Positions 40,541 to 54,972 of a DNA stretch of 64,000 bases are shown in pieces. The stretch's first letter is position 1; each line of letters starts with the position of its first letter. The notes under the pieces were generated by a model. That model had not been told where the DNA came from. It searched no databases and saw only the letters and a list, made by a program, of their open reading frames with translations. Origin of the DNA: Raja brachyura (Eukaryota). Where the stretch lies: contig OY740783.1 in assembly GCA_963514005.1 (NCBI GenBank), positions 62,310,001-62,374,000 on the forward strand, read 5' to 3'. Position numbers and translations under genes: made by a program.

Positions 40541-43319
40541 GACACACCACTCTTGCAGAAGAACATGGTGCACAACTGCCTTTAGGAGGAACTAACTGAA
40601 GAGGAATGGTGTGCTTGCATATCCACACAGGGAAGATGAAGGGGCCATGTTCCATATTTCCCTTATCCCTAATCTTCCTGACTTACAAGCTGCAAATGGA
40701 ATACGCATGCACCTCTTCTTATCCGGTGCATAGCACAAATAAACATTCACCACTCAATTCCTTTGTAACCTCAGCACAATCCCACCTTTTACCTTTTTAA
40801 TTTCTGATACTAAAGGGTGGTAACCTGTTAGGTAGGGGTGTAAGAGAATAAAGATGAACGGACACCATCAGCACATTTCATGCCCCTTGCATCAGCTCAG
40901 TCATTAGCACTGCAGGTAATTTAAGACTGGCATAAGAACAAGATCGATATGCAGCAAACTCAGGGCAAAAGTGATTTTCAGCCATGGAATGAGGCAACAC
41001 CAGGGCAGGTGCCAGTCAATTCTACGCCAAATAACCGATAAGAAATGAATGGGTCAGATGATTTAAAAAAGATTCATGATCTACGTTCAAAATTGTTCAT
41101 ACCTTGCTTGCTATGCTCGATAGGAAACCTTGACATTTAGTGTCAGAGATACAAGGAAGACGTTATTACAAAGGTGGCAAGGTATTTTTTGTAAAGCTTG
41201 GTGCCCAGACTACCTTGTACAGAACTATATGTAGCAGTTAAAGGCTGCTGTCTCAACTTCTAAAGCAGCAGCAGCCACCTAACATTAGACCACTGCAGTG
41301 AAAGCTTACACTGTGGCTCCGATTTTCAAAGGGCTACTGGGATGGTGAGTCAATAGCCCAATGGCTGTCCAGCCTCAGGATGACAATATCCACTCTCCCA
41401 CCATTGCCATTGTGTCAATGTCCTTCCCATTGTTGCCCAACCAGCCTGTCCAGCTGCAGACTGAAGCCACGACTATTGCCCAAAGTTTCTTGATGTTAAT
41501 GACCATCTGGAGCCTCCACTACTGAAAATCAGCAGCTCTCTTAACAGCCAGGACAGGGTTGGCTAGTACCGGTTTGGTGCAATGTAAGAAAAAAAAAGCC
41601 GCATGGAAAACAGGCATTATTAATTACAATGTTCAATTTTTTGCTTCAGAGCAAGATTTAATTTCCTTCACTGGCAGAAGCTGTTGGGATAAATATTCGC
41701 TGACCACTGAAATATAAGCTGAGAAATATTTTCCACCTATATTTATTTTTTTTAGATAACATATAAAGGGGGAAATTGTTGGGAACATATACTTACATTC
41801 TGCTACAGGCTTCTGGTTGCTAAAGAATTATATTATGTAATCACACATCAAAGGGATGTCCTTGCATTCACTTAACTGCAATCTACTGACAACACATTCC
41901 TGTGGACAGTTGAACATTGCTCTTGTTGCCATAGAGATTTTTCTTATGTTTTGAACCAATAATGAGATTCTTTTGGGAAGGTTTGTGGCATCACTATAAA
42001 CTCTTTGTTTGAGTTAAATGGCAATGCTGTGGTGTTGTTTCTAAATTTCACCACTGATTTAATTAAATGCTCTAAATCCATTACACTTCAAACACAATGT
42101 ATGAAAAATGAGAAACTAAATGAGAAACTCAGTCGAAATCACAGTTCTAACTGCTAACTTATCAAATGGGAAAACAGACAAGATTTTCCTCCTCCCCCCT
42201 TAAACACTGATGGAGTGGCACCAACCATGACTACACAAAGGGCAGCTGGCCAATAACTTTCAGATGACTATGGAAACAGTAATATGAGAAATATAAGTGA
42301 GTGAAACGTGGAAAATTATAAAAGACAAATATCTACATTATGTATATACATTGCCGCTAATCCATAAAAACATTGCTTATTGATTTATGACCACTTCTAA
42401 GCAAGGTGAACGATTGCTATCTCCAGATTTTGCATGTTCTGCTTCTAATAACATGCTATTATGAAACTGTCTGTTCTTAGTACAAGGGAGGATTAATGTG
42501 TGTGCAGCAATGCTCTGATACTATTCCAAGCTTGTCATGGCGATATCATGTTTGTTTCAGACCCAAAGCAATGACAAATGTATTATTTAGTGTCGGTAGG
42601 AGAAATTTAAGAAAATCCATTAAAAAAAATGTTACTTGTCCAACCAAATGTCGTGAATTTGCAGCGATGTTGTTTGGCTAAGTGAACTTCAACCCATTGC
42701 TCTGACCTAATATTGAGAGCTTCGCATTTCCAGCCACGGGTAAGACCTTACACAAGTTTTCAAAATACATTGCTATTTTGCAGAGCGATGGATGCCTGGA
42801 ACGTGCTGTCACAAATAGTGGTGGAGGCAGCTACGATAGTGGGATTTAAGAGGCTTTATTATAGGCATGTGGATATGTGGGGAAACAGAGGGATGAGAAT
42901 CATGTGAGGGAAGAAGAAACTATTTAAACCTGGCATAATTTTCAGGGTGGACATTGTGGACTGAAGGACCTATTCTTATGCTGTATGTTCTATGTTAATA
43001 AAATAAATGACTTCACAGGATAATAACTTTGTAGAAATGGTATTACTCAAGGGGATCTGGTACAAAAGATGAGTTGAGGTGGGAGCAGACATGATCATAT
43101 TGAATGGTAGGACAAGCGTGAGGTGGTGAATGACCTGTCCCTGCTTATATTTTTTGTGTCTTTTTGTTAAAGTGATGTACATCAAAATAGATTAAATGTT
43201 TTAACTATGGTCCAAATAACTATGGTAAAATGTCCTGACATGGTATTGATATCAGTTGTACTTCAGGCCTGAGTGAGCACTACCGTTTCAAGCTTCTGTT
43301 TTCAATACATTGAGTGATT

Positions 43320-43597
43320 GATTGAAGGATGCAGCATGGAAAAAGGCCATTTGGCCCATTGTATCCATGCCAACTATTATCACTCGTTCACGGTAGTTCT
43401 TTGTTAACCAACTCTCATATCCACTCCCTGCTCACAAGGACTAAGGCCAATTAACCTACAAACCCACACATCTTTGGGATGTGGGAGGAAACTGGAGCAT
43501 CCACATCCGTGATCACGGGAAGAACATGCAAACTCCACATAGAGATCAAACCTGGGTCTCTGGCACTGAGGCAGCTGCTCTACCAGCTGTGCCGCAT
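43320..43597 (-). mobile_element. tRNA-derived SINE ending about 50 bp upstream of the exon at 43650
   Basis: ccaattaacctacaaaccc...tgtgggaggaaactggagc core. Confidence 0.78.
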
Positions 43598-43610
43598 TGA
43601 TTTCTGTTAA

Positions 43611-43883
<273 letters not shown>

Positions 43884-43952
43884 TAGTGTTTCTGTTTACT
43901 CGTATATCTCCTGAAACATAGTGGATTTCTTTCCATGTAATAATGAAAAATT

Positions 43953-44215
43953 GTGGGTCAGCCAGTATCTTTATGTTTAGGATTATTATAGTTGGACAGC
44001 CAGTATCTTGAGGTTTAGGTTTGTTTATTTTTGTGGGACAGCCAGTATCTTTTGATTTATGTTCATTTTTATTATAATGATACAGATATAAATATCTTTA
44101 GGTGTATGTTTAGGTTTATTATAGTGGGACAGCCATGATCTTTAGATTTATGCTTGGGTTTATTATAGTGGTCCCGCCAGTATCTTTAGGTTTATGTTAT
44201 TATAGCTAGTATCTT
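43953..44215 (+). repeat. Degenerate minisatellite, 6-7 units of about 38-46 bp (GTGGGACAGCCAGTATCTTTAGGTTTATGTT...TATTATA)
   Basis: Recurring gacagccagtatctt core with related spacers. Confidence 0.85.
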
Positions 44216-45125
44216 ATGGATAGCAATGGGAACACTTCAAGAATTGTTATTTCTATATTTGAATCTACAGAAACTTTGAGTGTGAGAGAACGGTGTAAAT
44301 ACGAGACATATTGGCAACATTGTAATCCAGAGAGGAAAAGTGAGCAATGATTGGAGCTATATTATTTTGAATATGAACAACAGAAAAGGGAATATGTTTA
44401 GTGCCCACTGGAAGTTAAGATGCAAAATAAAGTGATAGCAGAAGCACAAGTATAAGGAGCCTCAACAAAGAATCAAAGGAGAAACTGATGGTTGGATTAT
44501 GGCCTTTTGAAAACTGCTGAGATAGTTAAGTGTCTGGCCTGTGTTGCATTTAATGTTACAGTTGATGTTTAGAAAAAATATGTTCTGCAATGTGGTTATG
44601 AACAGTTAAGGTAACAATTATCAGACAAGATTAATCCAAATGAAGCTTGTTTGGAAAAGTGATTCATAAAAAAGTCAATTTAACATTTTGTATGTGAGAG
44701 GACTAAAAGAATTAGTACATTTTTGTTTAGGTAAATCTAAGAACTGATTATATAAATGTCTATATAATCGTATTTATATTAATAGTTAACTAACAATATG
44801 ATTTACTGTATGATTTATATGGATTTGTTTTTTCAAGGGGAAGCTATGTAATGTAAATGAATATGTGTTGTTTTAAAACTATGCGCACCGTGTGGTATAA
44901 CTATTGAAAATTATCATACTCTGTTGTTAGTTGCAAGCAACTCCATTAGTAACCAACAACTCCGTTGTTAGTTGATGTTTGCTACTTTTAATAAAGGATT
45001 TTCTGGTGGTAGCTCTATCCTTGTATTTACCTCGGTGACAAAAAACACAATATCTCTTAAAGATAATACAACAGTAACAAATTCATGCTGCTGCTCATCC
45101 TAACGTTCTCTGATGCTATCAACAG

Positions 45126-45311
45126 GTCATCGAATGTATCACACAAGGCCGTGTTCTGCAGCGCCCTCGGACCTGCTCGAAGGAGGTGTATGATCTGATG
45201 ATTGGTTGCTGGCAACGTGAACCACACATGAGGCTCAACATCAAGGACATTCACAGTCTTCTCCAGACTTTGGCAAAGGCCTCTCCAGTATATCTGGATA
45301 TCCTTGGTTAA
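45126..45311 (+). CDS. NTRK2: NTRK2 terminal coding exon ([20 protein letters not shown]...[13 protein letters not shown])
   Basis: aacag| acceptor; 62 codons ending in TAA at 45309-45311. C-terminus [13 protein letters not shown] is the TrkB PLC-gamma docking site. Absent from the ORF track. Confidence 0.96.
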   Translation, partial: VIECITQGRVLQRPRTCSKEVYDLMIGCWQREPHMRLNIKDIHSLLQTLAKASPVYLDILG

Positions 45312-48300
45312 GCCTCACTCTGACAATTGTAGGCGTGCTTGTGTGTGTGCGAGAATGTTGCTGCATTTTGAAGAAACATGCTCTGATCCCTGACAGTATT
45401 AATAGCAATGAGAAGAAGTTTTAAAGAGCAACATGTCAAAACTTCTCCCTTTGTAGTCAACCTATTGACTTTGAATTTTATCATATTTTCTCTCAAATTG
45501 ATCTTGCTTTTTGTTAATTTGTAACTCTGCCTAGGTGCAGGCCTTAATCTAACCGATTATTCTGCTGAAGACAGTCAAAATTCCTCACTGCAATTAACAG
45601 TGACTCCTAATGATTTGCCTTTGATTTGGATGAAAAAAGGGAAGAACAGATGACTGTGAATCATAAACTTTCAGCTGCAAAACAAAGAAAGGAAAAAAAT
45701 GTTCATTCTACTACACCAATGCTGCAGGCCATGAATAAATATTATCCGAAATAGAGGAAGTATAAAGGGTTATGAAAAACTATTTTAATTCGGAGAAGGA
45801 AGGCATAATATCATGATGTACTGCATACTAGTAACATAATAGGCTTCAATTTTGCCAATGGACTTCTTAAACCTGTCCTTGAAATATGGCAACATCTGGC
45901 CACCCAATTATACAGAAACCTTTCCTGGCTTTTTGCATTTTTTAAAAATTTATTTGCATTGGGCGACATGTCTCACAAAGAAGCAAGTGCAAGACAATAG
46001 TTTGCTCTGAACTGGGCATCCAGAACAAAGTGTGACTATAATTACATAAATGTGGCCTCCAGATGGCTTTATGGGCTTTAGGCTGGAGCTCACAGTAATA
46101 TTAATTTCAGAGTCAAATACTGAAGGTGATTGACTTTAATAACACAGCACTTGTAGTTGTCTAGGCAAAACATCAGAAAATATACTTATCCTAAAACATT
46201 TTCCCCTTTTGGTATGTGAGCGAAATATAATTGTGCATGAAGCTGATCTCATACTATATGTACAAATGATCGCTCATATCTTGTACACATTTTAGATGTA
46301 GAATGTTATCCATAATGGTGTTACATATATTTAATTAGGAACCATGTTGAAGGTCATTAGCTTCTGGAAGTAGCCTTTTGCTTTTGCAGTATAATGGGAT
46401 ATTAGAAATGCAGAGGAATTGAGAAATTTATAAAGATCACATAATCTGCAAGGAGACAGTGAAATTAAGACCTTAAGGTAGACAGAAGTGAAACTATAAT
46501 TAACAAATAATAGCCATCACATTAAACCTAATACTGGATTCATTGTCTTGTTGCTATGGTATCTCCATTCTTAGCATTCTTTGCTTGCTTCATTTTTTTT
46601 TTTGCTCTGACAATATTCTGACAGAAATGCACTGTAATCGTGTGTGCATTACAGTCAAGATGCTTGGTTGATGGCTCATGCCTCGCTTGTTGACATATTA
46701 ATCTCAGTTATCAGATGATGTTGGGGAACCGTGGGGTAGATTTCATATCTGTTTGACAAGTTCATGCTAAAGTGAGCACCTAATGTTTCAAAATCTAACA
46801 TTTTCTCCTTTTTAAAATATACTCCCTCTGTGAGGGATCACAGTTGTAATTTGTAACTGCATTTGGCAACAAAGCATGCATTGCTCTTAGGATTTATCTG
46901 TTCTCCCATTTTCTCATAATAACTAGAGGAGATCAGTACAGAATACCCATTTGCTTTTCTTTTTAAAAATTATGCCAAATATTTAATAATTTAATACATT
47001 TTTGCTTTGTTTGTATATTTTATTTAAAAAAATTATTTATTGCAACTTCAAATCATTTAATTATTTGTTTCATTAAGTGTAATCACCAAAATAATGTTGT
47101 ATATTTTGCTTTCTGCCCAACAATTCATCTGATATTTGGCAAGTTATTTAAATTGAATTCTTATTAACAAGACTTACAGTACTTCAGAGATATATAAAAA
47201 TTACTTAAACTCCGCGTGTGATTGGTAGCCTAATAGAAAATGTTGCAGATGTTATTGAGATGAGATCTGTGTATTTTCATTAGGAAAATCATCAAGGGAT
47301 TTGGAACAAATTAGAGCAAATTGTATTGAGGTAGAGATAGGTCATTGGATGATGGAACAGGTTGAGGGATTAAATGGACTATTCTTGTTTATATGTTCCA
47401 ATATTCTTTTGTATCTATGATCTGGAGGATGTGCCTTTCATCTGCTTTTAGATTTACTGCCAATTATGCTAGTTGTAATCTTAGTACTGATGTACTAAGA
47501 CTCAGAACTCAGTGAGTTTTGTTGTAATTTCAACTTACTGTATTATAATCTTGAATACATCAAAGAAAACGTTTTGCGAAGGTCAAATCTTCTGGCCATT
47601 TGAGATGTTGATGCCAATCAAGAATATATTAGCAGTTAAGCTGATAAAATCCCAGTTTATTGTTACATGATGCTGAATGCTACAAGTTATTTTGGTATTC
47701 AATGTGAACAGCAAACACAAATGTAGAAAAGTCCTTAATATTAAATATTTACTGTTGAAATCGCAAAATACTTTGTGGGCATAAATTATGACGTTTGTTT
47801 TATATGATTTAAATTAAATTAGTAAATGAGAAAATTCAATGAACATTTCTGTAAATTCCGTAGATATTGAAGTGAGACATCATGACACAACACAGTTTTA
47901 GATTCATTACTGGCAGGTGCCATGCTTTACATTAAATGATTTAAACATTTTAGAAAGGTTTATATATTGGGAAGCAGAAGTTGTACCGATGCAATGATAG
48001 AAGGTGCATTTCTTGGAATGATAGAGGGTACTTTTTCACTGCTACCACCAGACAGCATGAAAAAACGTAAGCAATGATTACTTGATTAATAAACTTATCT
48101 TGTGATTTTGCTCTTTGCTTTGCATTTTGCATTTGGAGTGGGGAGAGAAACCAAGAGACAGGCACATGAAAGAGCATGGTAAACAAATGAAGGAGAACTC
48201 ACATACATTAAAATGACGATATCAGGCATGGCTTTCAGTCAGGACAAATACAGGCCCAATGTCAATCAGCCTTGTTTTTCTTAATCATGTTTCTCTACAG

Positions 48301-49270
48301 TTGAAGGTCGGTGGATATTGCAGCTTGAATTTGTGACTTAGAGGTTGTGACCGATTCACCCTTCATTTGAAATCACTTGTTGCGTCAATAGCATTGGGAA
48401 GGAAGAGATTTTTGTGCCCATTTAGTTTACAAAGACCCCATGTACCAATCTCCTGGAACTGGAACTGGAACTGTGACCTGGTGGGTTTTTTTAAAATTCA
48501 GCTTGATGTTTAATATATATATAATTTCTCTTTTGAGTTTTTGTTCCTCTTATATTTTTCAGTTTCTCCTAAAAAACAGAAAATCTCTGATGACATTCGT
48601 GTAGTCTGTGTCTTTCCCAAAAACTGCACAGCTCTTAGGGTTCAGAAACTCTGGGATAGGAGTGAAAGGGTGGGAGTGCGTAGCAGACACCCCGTATATC
48701 CATTTCCATGGTGTGGTAGGTGGGCAGTGCCAACCGATGGAGTAGCTTTGAGGTCTTACACCCAGTTCTTACACTCAGCCTGATCTTCATTATTGTTGGT
48801 AATGGGCCGGAAATCCAATGAATTCAGCATAACGTCAGCAAGTGCATTATGTCAATGGGCAAGGATATTCCAATGGAATGCCGTTGCAACATGTGGAAGC
48901 CTGTGGAGCTGGGAAGATCACAAAATCCACCACAATTTAACATGTCTGGTTTTAAACAGCCTATTACACAAATGGACCCATGACATCTATTGCTGGAGCC
49001 TTAGCTTTTATCTTCTGTTGCAGCCTGTTGTACACTTTTCTTTCTTGAATGGTTTGTGAAGCACTTGGCTGATTTTTAGATGATGCCTAAGTACCTGTGT
49101 TATATATTTGTATGTTGAAATGTGAACCAGTTTCTCAAATTGAAATGGAAAGTTACTTGTGATACAACAAATTCAATGGAAAAATTCTGTCTTACAATAA
49201 ACATTGTCATCAGAAAAGTATTGTATTTGATGATCTATTAATAATAAATTTAGACCACGTATTAGTACTG
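45312..49270 (+). other. NTRK2: Probable long NTRK2 3'UTR
   Basis: AT-rich and nearly free of young repeats, unlike the flanks. AATAAA at 45734-45739, 49196-49201 and 49243-49248. The true 3' end is inferred. Confidence 0.55.
49196..49248 (+). terminator. Candidate distal polyadenylation signals (two AATAAA)
   Basis: Two hexamers where the repeat-poor tract ends, with T/GT-rich sequence downstream. Confidence 0.45.
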
Positions 49271-49748
49271 GTTATGTAATTGACACCAACATTTGTTGGC
49301 TATATCCACGGCAATGAATTGATCAAACATCTTATATGTGGCACCAGATCTCACATTATTTTGTTTGAACTTCTTTAGGATCACTTTGAAAACTGTCAAT
49401 GCCCCCAAATGCATCTGTTGTAACACAGCTTTCTAAGTTGTTAACCCTTAAAATAGGTAATTGAGATGTCACACTGATCCTCCACACTGACAAGTCTCTC
49501 AGAGGTTCTCCCAACTGTTGGAGTGGAGGGTCAGCAGACACACCATTGACATTTTTTGCCATGTCAATAAAGTGTTTGCTGAACGTGAGCTTAAGTACAA
49601 GGCAGATGTACACATTGCAAGTTCTAGGAAATGATAATAACTTAGTTTGATGAATCAGTGATCAGGTCATTGCTGCAGGAAAGTGAACAAATAAAATCTC
49701 AAAAAAAGCACATAAACGCTATGCTCTGTGACACCACTGTTTTCTTTG

Positions 49749-49853
49749 TCTGAAGACCTGTCTGAAGAAGGGTCTTGGCCCAAAAGGTCACCCATTCCTT
49801 CTCTCCAGAGATGCTGCCTGTCCCGCTGAGTTACTCCAGCATTTTTGGAATCT
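49749..49853 (+). mobile_element. 105-bp PLE-derived mini-insert
   Basis: 14-bp TSD CACTGTTTTCTTTG at 49735-49748 and 49854-49867. Begins with a doubled TCTGAAGA. Confidence 0.82.
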
Positions 49854-52800
49854 CACTGTTTTCTTTGAGTTGGATCTCCTCCAGGATTTGAGACCATAGT
49901 TTACACTGACACTGATGTCCATCAGGGAGGGAATGCTGTATCATCAAAGATCATCTTCTTTGACATTAAACTGAGAAATGTTTGCCCGGTTTCAATTCAT
50001 TTGAGGAATGTGAGCACTAAGGTGTAATTGAACTGAGGAAGCAGTCACAAGTCATCCAAATAGGGGGAAATAACAGATGTATTATTTCTTTATATGTTTT
50101 CAAAAAAAATGTTCACATAAAATAAAAATTAATGGGACTGAGGGCATCGGTAGATCATTAGTTAATGGGGAAAAATGCAGACTGGCAGGCTATTACTAGC
50201 AGTTCATTGCCTTGTTCTGCTAAGGTAAGTTAAGCGAAAGATAACTGGCCATTAAGATGTTCCTTTCCCTTTCATTTTGTAAGTAAAAATAAAAACAGAA
50301 AAACCGAGAAGGAGAAGCATTTACACTTATTCCAACAAGAGGTAATAGACCATGGGATTTTTATGTAACACACAAAGATGAAAGTGCTACTAAACTTCAT
50401 CCCAGCAGTTGGCATCCTGCTGTGGATCAACATAAAATCCCCAGAAAGAGGAGGATAGTCTGGCTCGGCCATCAAGACGAGCGGAAACATCTGCAGCTAA
50501 AACAGCTTCCAAACTGCAGGTCTTTATATACCTAAATAATTGGACTTGATAAACATAAGCCAGCTGCTGCAAGTAGCAGCTCTGCAAACAATATCTATGT
50601 AAATAATTTTGAGGTAATGCTCATTCAATGTGGACTTCATTGAATCCGGATTAATTTCACCTGGAGCTTTTATTCATAAGTAATGGTAATGATTCAACCG
50701 GGTCGCACCTAAGTGGCCATTGATAACTAGGTCTTTGAGTGGTTTGTTCAGACATATTATTTGCCTCATTTGTTGCTAAATTCTGTCCCCAGAAACGGAA
50801 TATGTGGTGGCTGCCAGCATGCCCAGGGTCTTCCCCTACTGGTGGCTCCCTGAGTGCCTGGGAGATAACACGAACACATGGAATAACATCTTGGTTTCAC
50901 TTATTTCATTCTTGAATAAAGTTTCTTGTAACAAACTACAATTCATGTTTTATGGCCCTTAAACATCTTTAAAAGAAAGAGAATGTTAAAAAATGGGAAA
51001 TACTCAAATCATGTGGCAGCCTTTGAATCCAAGTATCATTAGCAATACTTGAAAAAGAAATGTTGGGAATACCAAGTAGGCCAGGCAGCATCTGTGGAGG
51101 GAGAAACAATTAACAACTGAGGCTGATAATTTTGACCAAAATAATTCACCTTGCTGCCTGTATTTCAGTTTTCAGCAGCAACGGTATTTTGCTTTAGCAT
51201 TATTAGAAATACTAGATAGATTTTGTAAAAATATCTGTCATCCATCATTACTTCACAGTGAGATTTCTTTGAATACATATAATGGTTCAATTTTCATTGC
51301 AAATCAAGCCACCGATGAGGGAGGTACAAGGGATCACTTCAACTTGCTGCCGCGAATAATCTCCATGAGCACATTCGACAAATATAGAACCACATGATCC
51401 TTATGCTCGGCCAACTGCAATTAGTTCTTTCCATCAATAGGACGAAGGAAATATTACAAAAAAAAAACATATGCTTTTGTGCTTAATGCCAGATAGTCCC
51501 ATAGCAGGATGCATATTGCCAGAGGCAAAGTGGGTGACTTCTCAATCAGCACGGAGTCAAGAAACAAGGATCTATAATTATACATGGAGCCCAAATGGTA
51601 AAAGGCATCAATTAAGCAAACAGTCCTATCTACAGCGGTTAATGTGGTTTAGCTTTTTTTCCCCCAATATGCAAGGTTTTTGATTGGAGTCCAAAATAGT
51701 TGGGAAGCTTTCAGAACATTTATTTATTACTTGATCAGCCATCTGTAATTGTTACGAAGTAGAAGCAGGAGTAAGCCAGTCATTCCCTTGTGCCTTCACT
51801 GATATTTAATTATATCATGGCTGTTGTTTTACTTCTATACCACTTTCCAGTATTGACCTCTTGATTCTTTTAAAATCTAACATCTTATCAGTCTCATTTT
51901 TCGCAGGCGGGCCACATCTCCTATGATGCCAGGATAGATTGTATATCATTAATTACAATGACCTGGTCTTAAGTGTCAACCAAACTGGGTAAAGTGGATA
52001 TGGACAGAAAAAGTTCTTCCTCGAAGGACATTGGGGAACCTGATCAGCTTTAATGATAATGGTACACTTTCATGATTTCTGCTCTTGATGTTAGCTATTT
52101 ACTCCAGTTGTACTTAATTAGTTGTTTTTAAATTCCTCAGCTGCAATTGTGGGAGATGAGCTCAAGCCTTCAAAGTGAGCTGCTGGTCCAGTAACTCGAC
52201 CACAATGCCACTATATCCTGGAGATACTGCCTGGTACTTAGTTTAAAACACATATGCTTTAAATTCACTGCATAAAACTCACTGCATAAAACTTTACACA
52301 AAATGTTCTCCATGAATATTGATTTTGTTATTTACTAAGATCATGGAATATAGGAATGACAGACTATGGAGGAAGTTATCAGTTATTTCCTGGAGCTCTG
52401 CAAATAATCCCACTCCATTGTTTTCCCCATAAAGCTGACAATATTTTTCTCTTTAACTTCTCACTCTCTTGTTTACTATTGAATCTCTTCAGGCAATGAC
52501 TTCTAGGAAATCTTTCTGCGATTGATGAATGCTCTCATTGCCTAAAATTTCATCCCCAGATGATAGTGACACACACTATTACCAGCATCAATGAGTTGTT
52601 CTCTCCTCCCTAAATTCTGTCCATTCACCCAGGATGAAATTAAAGCCAAATGCTCTTTATTTCATCAAAGCCCTTCACAAGTGTCAACTTTTCCATTTAA
52701 TCACCTCCTAGTCTTCCACCTGTTTTTTCCTGGCAAGGGTGTCCCATTTTCAGAATAGAGGGGAAAAGATTTAAGGCTTAAATAAGCAAGAAGGCTTCAC

Positions 52801-52934
52801 TCAAAGGGTCATGCACCTATAGATGTTACTATAGAGGGCAGAAGGAAATGGATACATTTCTAGACACAAAAGGCATCAACGACTGCATGGTCAGAATGTC
52901 ACATTGAGGTAAATGATCAGTCATAAAGTCGTAG

Positions 52935-53270
52935 AGATATGATAGAGATGCAGCAAGAAAATGGGCCCTTTGGCCCGCCAAGTCTGCACTGACCCATTTA
53001 CACTAATCCAGTTTAACCACATCATTTTATCTTCTCACATTTTCAACACTCCCTCCAGATTCTGTCAGTCACAATTTACGGAGGGCAATTAACCTACCAC
53101 CCTGTACCTCTTTGGAAAGTTGGGTGGTGGTGGGGGGGGTGTGGAATGAGCACCCATAGGAAAGCCATGCAATCACAGGGAGAATGTGCAAATTCTGAAT
53201 AGACAGCACCTGAGGTCAGGATTGATCCTGAGGCAGTGAGCCAGTAACTTTATCCAATTTTGCCACCGTG
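52935..53270 (-). mobile_element. tRNA-derived SINE, old
   Basis: Same core, reverse strand. Confidence 0.7.
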
Positions 53271-53879
53271 CACCATAAGCCTCATAAACCTGACACGCTC
53301 ACAAACACATTGATTGGCAGAGCAGGTACAAAAGGCTAAATGGCAAACTCTTGCTCTTGCTTTCGATGTTTCTATGAAATACATTAAAAGTGTTTAAAAT
53401 ATAATTTACAATTTGTTCAAACTGCCGATATTCTGAAAAGGCGATTTTTAAGCTTACTGACTTTAGAATTTCTTTCTGTGTGTCCCTAAATTTTTCATTT
53501 CCTATGTTTTTTCACAGTTGCCAAAATGGGTTCAACCTTGCAGCATGTGAAGGATAGTGAAATGAGCACTAACTAAATATTTTATATTTCTTATTTTGCT
53601 TAGCAAAGTATGAACTCATTAATCAAATGGTAACAATGAACCAAGACCACATATATTGAGGCCATGCTACAATCAAGCTACCTGGCTTCACCTTGTACTG
53701 AAAAAAGAATCAGTGTAGAAAAGCCCCAATATACTAATATCAGTCTGAAGAAGGGTCTCGATCCGAAACATCAACTATCCCTGTTCTCCAGGGATGCTAC
53801 CTGATCTGCTGAGATACTTCAGCACTTTGTGTCTTTTTCTGATATACAGATATTATAATAATAATTTATTTTTTTTTAA

Positions 53880-54118
53880 GAGATTCCGCGTTTAAAAGGG
53901 CCTTTCGGTCCACCGAATCCGCACCAACCAGCGATTACCTATACACTAGTTCTATCCTAAGCACAGGGACCACTTTAGAGAAGCCAATTAACCTAAAATC
54001 CTGCACGTCTTTGGAATGCAGGAGACCGGAACCAGAGAACCCAGAGAATACCATCGTGGTCACAGGGAGAATGTACACACTCTTTATAGACAGCACCTGT
54101 AGTCAGGTTTGAACCCAA
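53880..54118 (-). mobile_element. tRNA-derived SINE, 5'-truncated
   Basis: Same core, reverse strand. Confidence 0.72.
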
Positions 54119-54519
54119 ACGAGGGAGGAAAAAGTGGGAATATCTGGTTATGTTTAACGGTATATATTTTGATTTTATATTCTGCAGTATGAAACAATGC
54201 AAAGGTGTTTTGACCTTAGTATTAGGAATAACTGTAAAATATTGCGTGGTTCATTCTTTTTTCAGGTTTCTCAACTTTTCAGCATGCAGACTAAAAGAAA
54301 ACTAGGTTATGGATTCTTGGTAGGAACTTATTGGTGAAACAGTAAACTTTATATAACCACTATAATGACTTTCACTGAATTACTTCTTACACGGTGAAAC
54401 TAAGTAGCTCAAGTGATTGGGGTGTTGTTCTTTGATTACAGATTGGCATTCAACACAATCATCCCATCTAAATTTACAATCGAACGCAGGGAACTGGGCC
54501 TCTAATTGATCATCCCTAA

Positions 54520-54810
54520 GTAATTGGAACCTTGACTTTCTCATTGGCATCCCTCAATCAGTACGAATTGGCAACAACGCTTCCTCCACATTGGCCATCA
54601 GCACAGGGCACCTCCAGTGCTCAGTCCCCTGCTTTACTCCCTCTATACCAATGTTAATGTAGCTAGACCAACGGCATCTTAAATTTGCCAATGATACCCT
54701 TGCAGTCAGATGAATAATGGGTAATGGTGAGTTGACGTACAGGAGAGAGCTCGATAATTTGATTGAATGCTGCTAGAACAACAATCTTGCTATTAACATT
54801 AGCAAGAACA
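54520..54810 (+). mobile_element. Rex1/L2-like RT fragment
   Basis: Decayed [16 protein letters not shown] and KFA.D motifs. Confidence 0.6.
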
Positions 54811-54882
54811 AGCAGTGAGTGGTCTCGACCTGAAACATCGCTTGTCCATGATATCCAGAGATGCTGCAAGACCTGCTGAGTT

Positions 54883-54972
54883 TGAAGACGGTTTCGGCTC
54901 GAAACGTTGCCTATCTCCTTTGCTCCATAGATGCTGCTGCACGCGCTGAGTTTCTCCAGCATTTTGTGTACT
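54883..54972 (+). mobile_element. 90-bp PLE-derived mini-insert nested in an older copy of the same kind of tail
   Basis: TSD CTGCTGAGTT at 54873-54882 and 54973-54982. Starts TGAAGA; the core is degenerate. Confidence 0.8.

Noticed and set aside
43953-44215. CRISPR-like repeat/spacer appearance
   Set aside because: The spacers are related to each other, the repeats are degenerate, the context is a vertebrate intron, and there are no cas genes.
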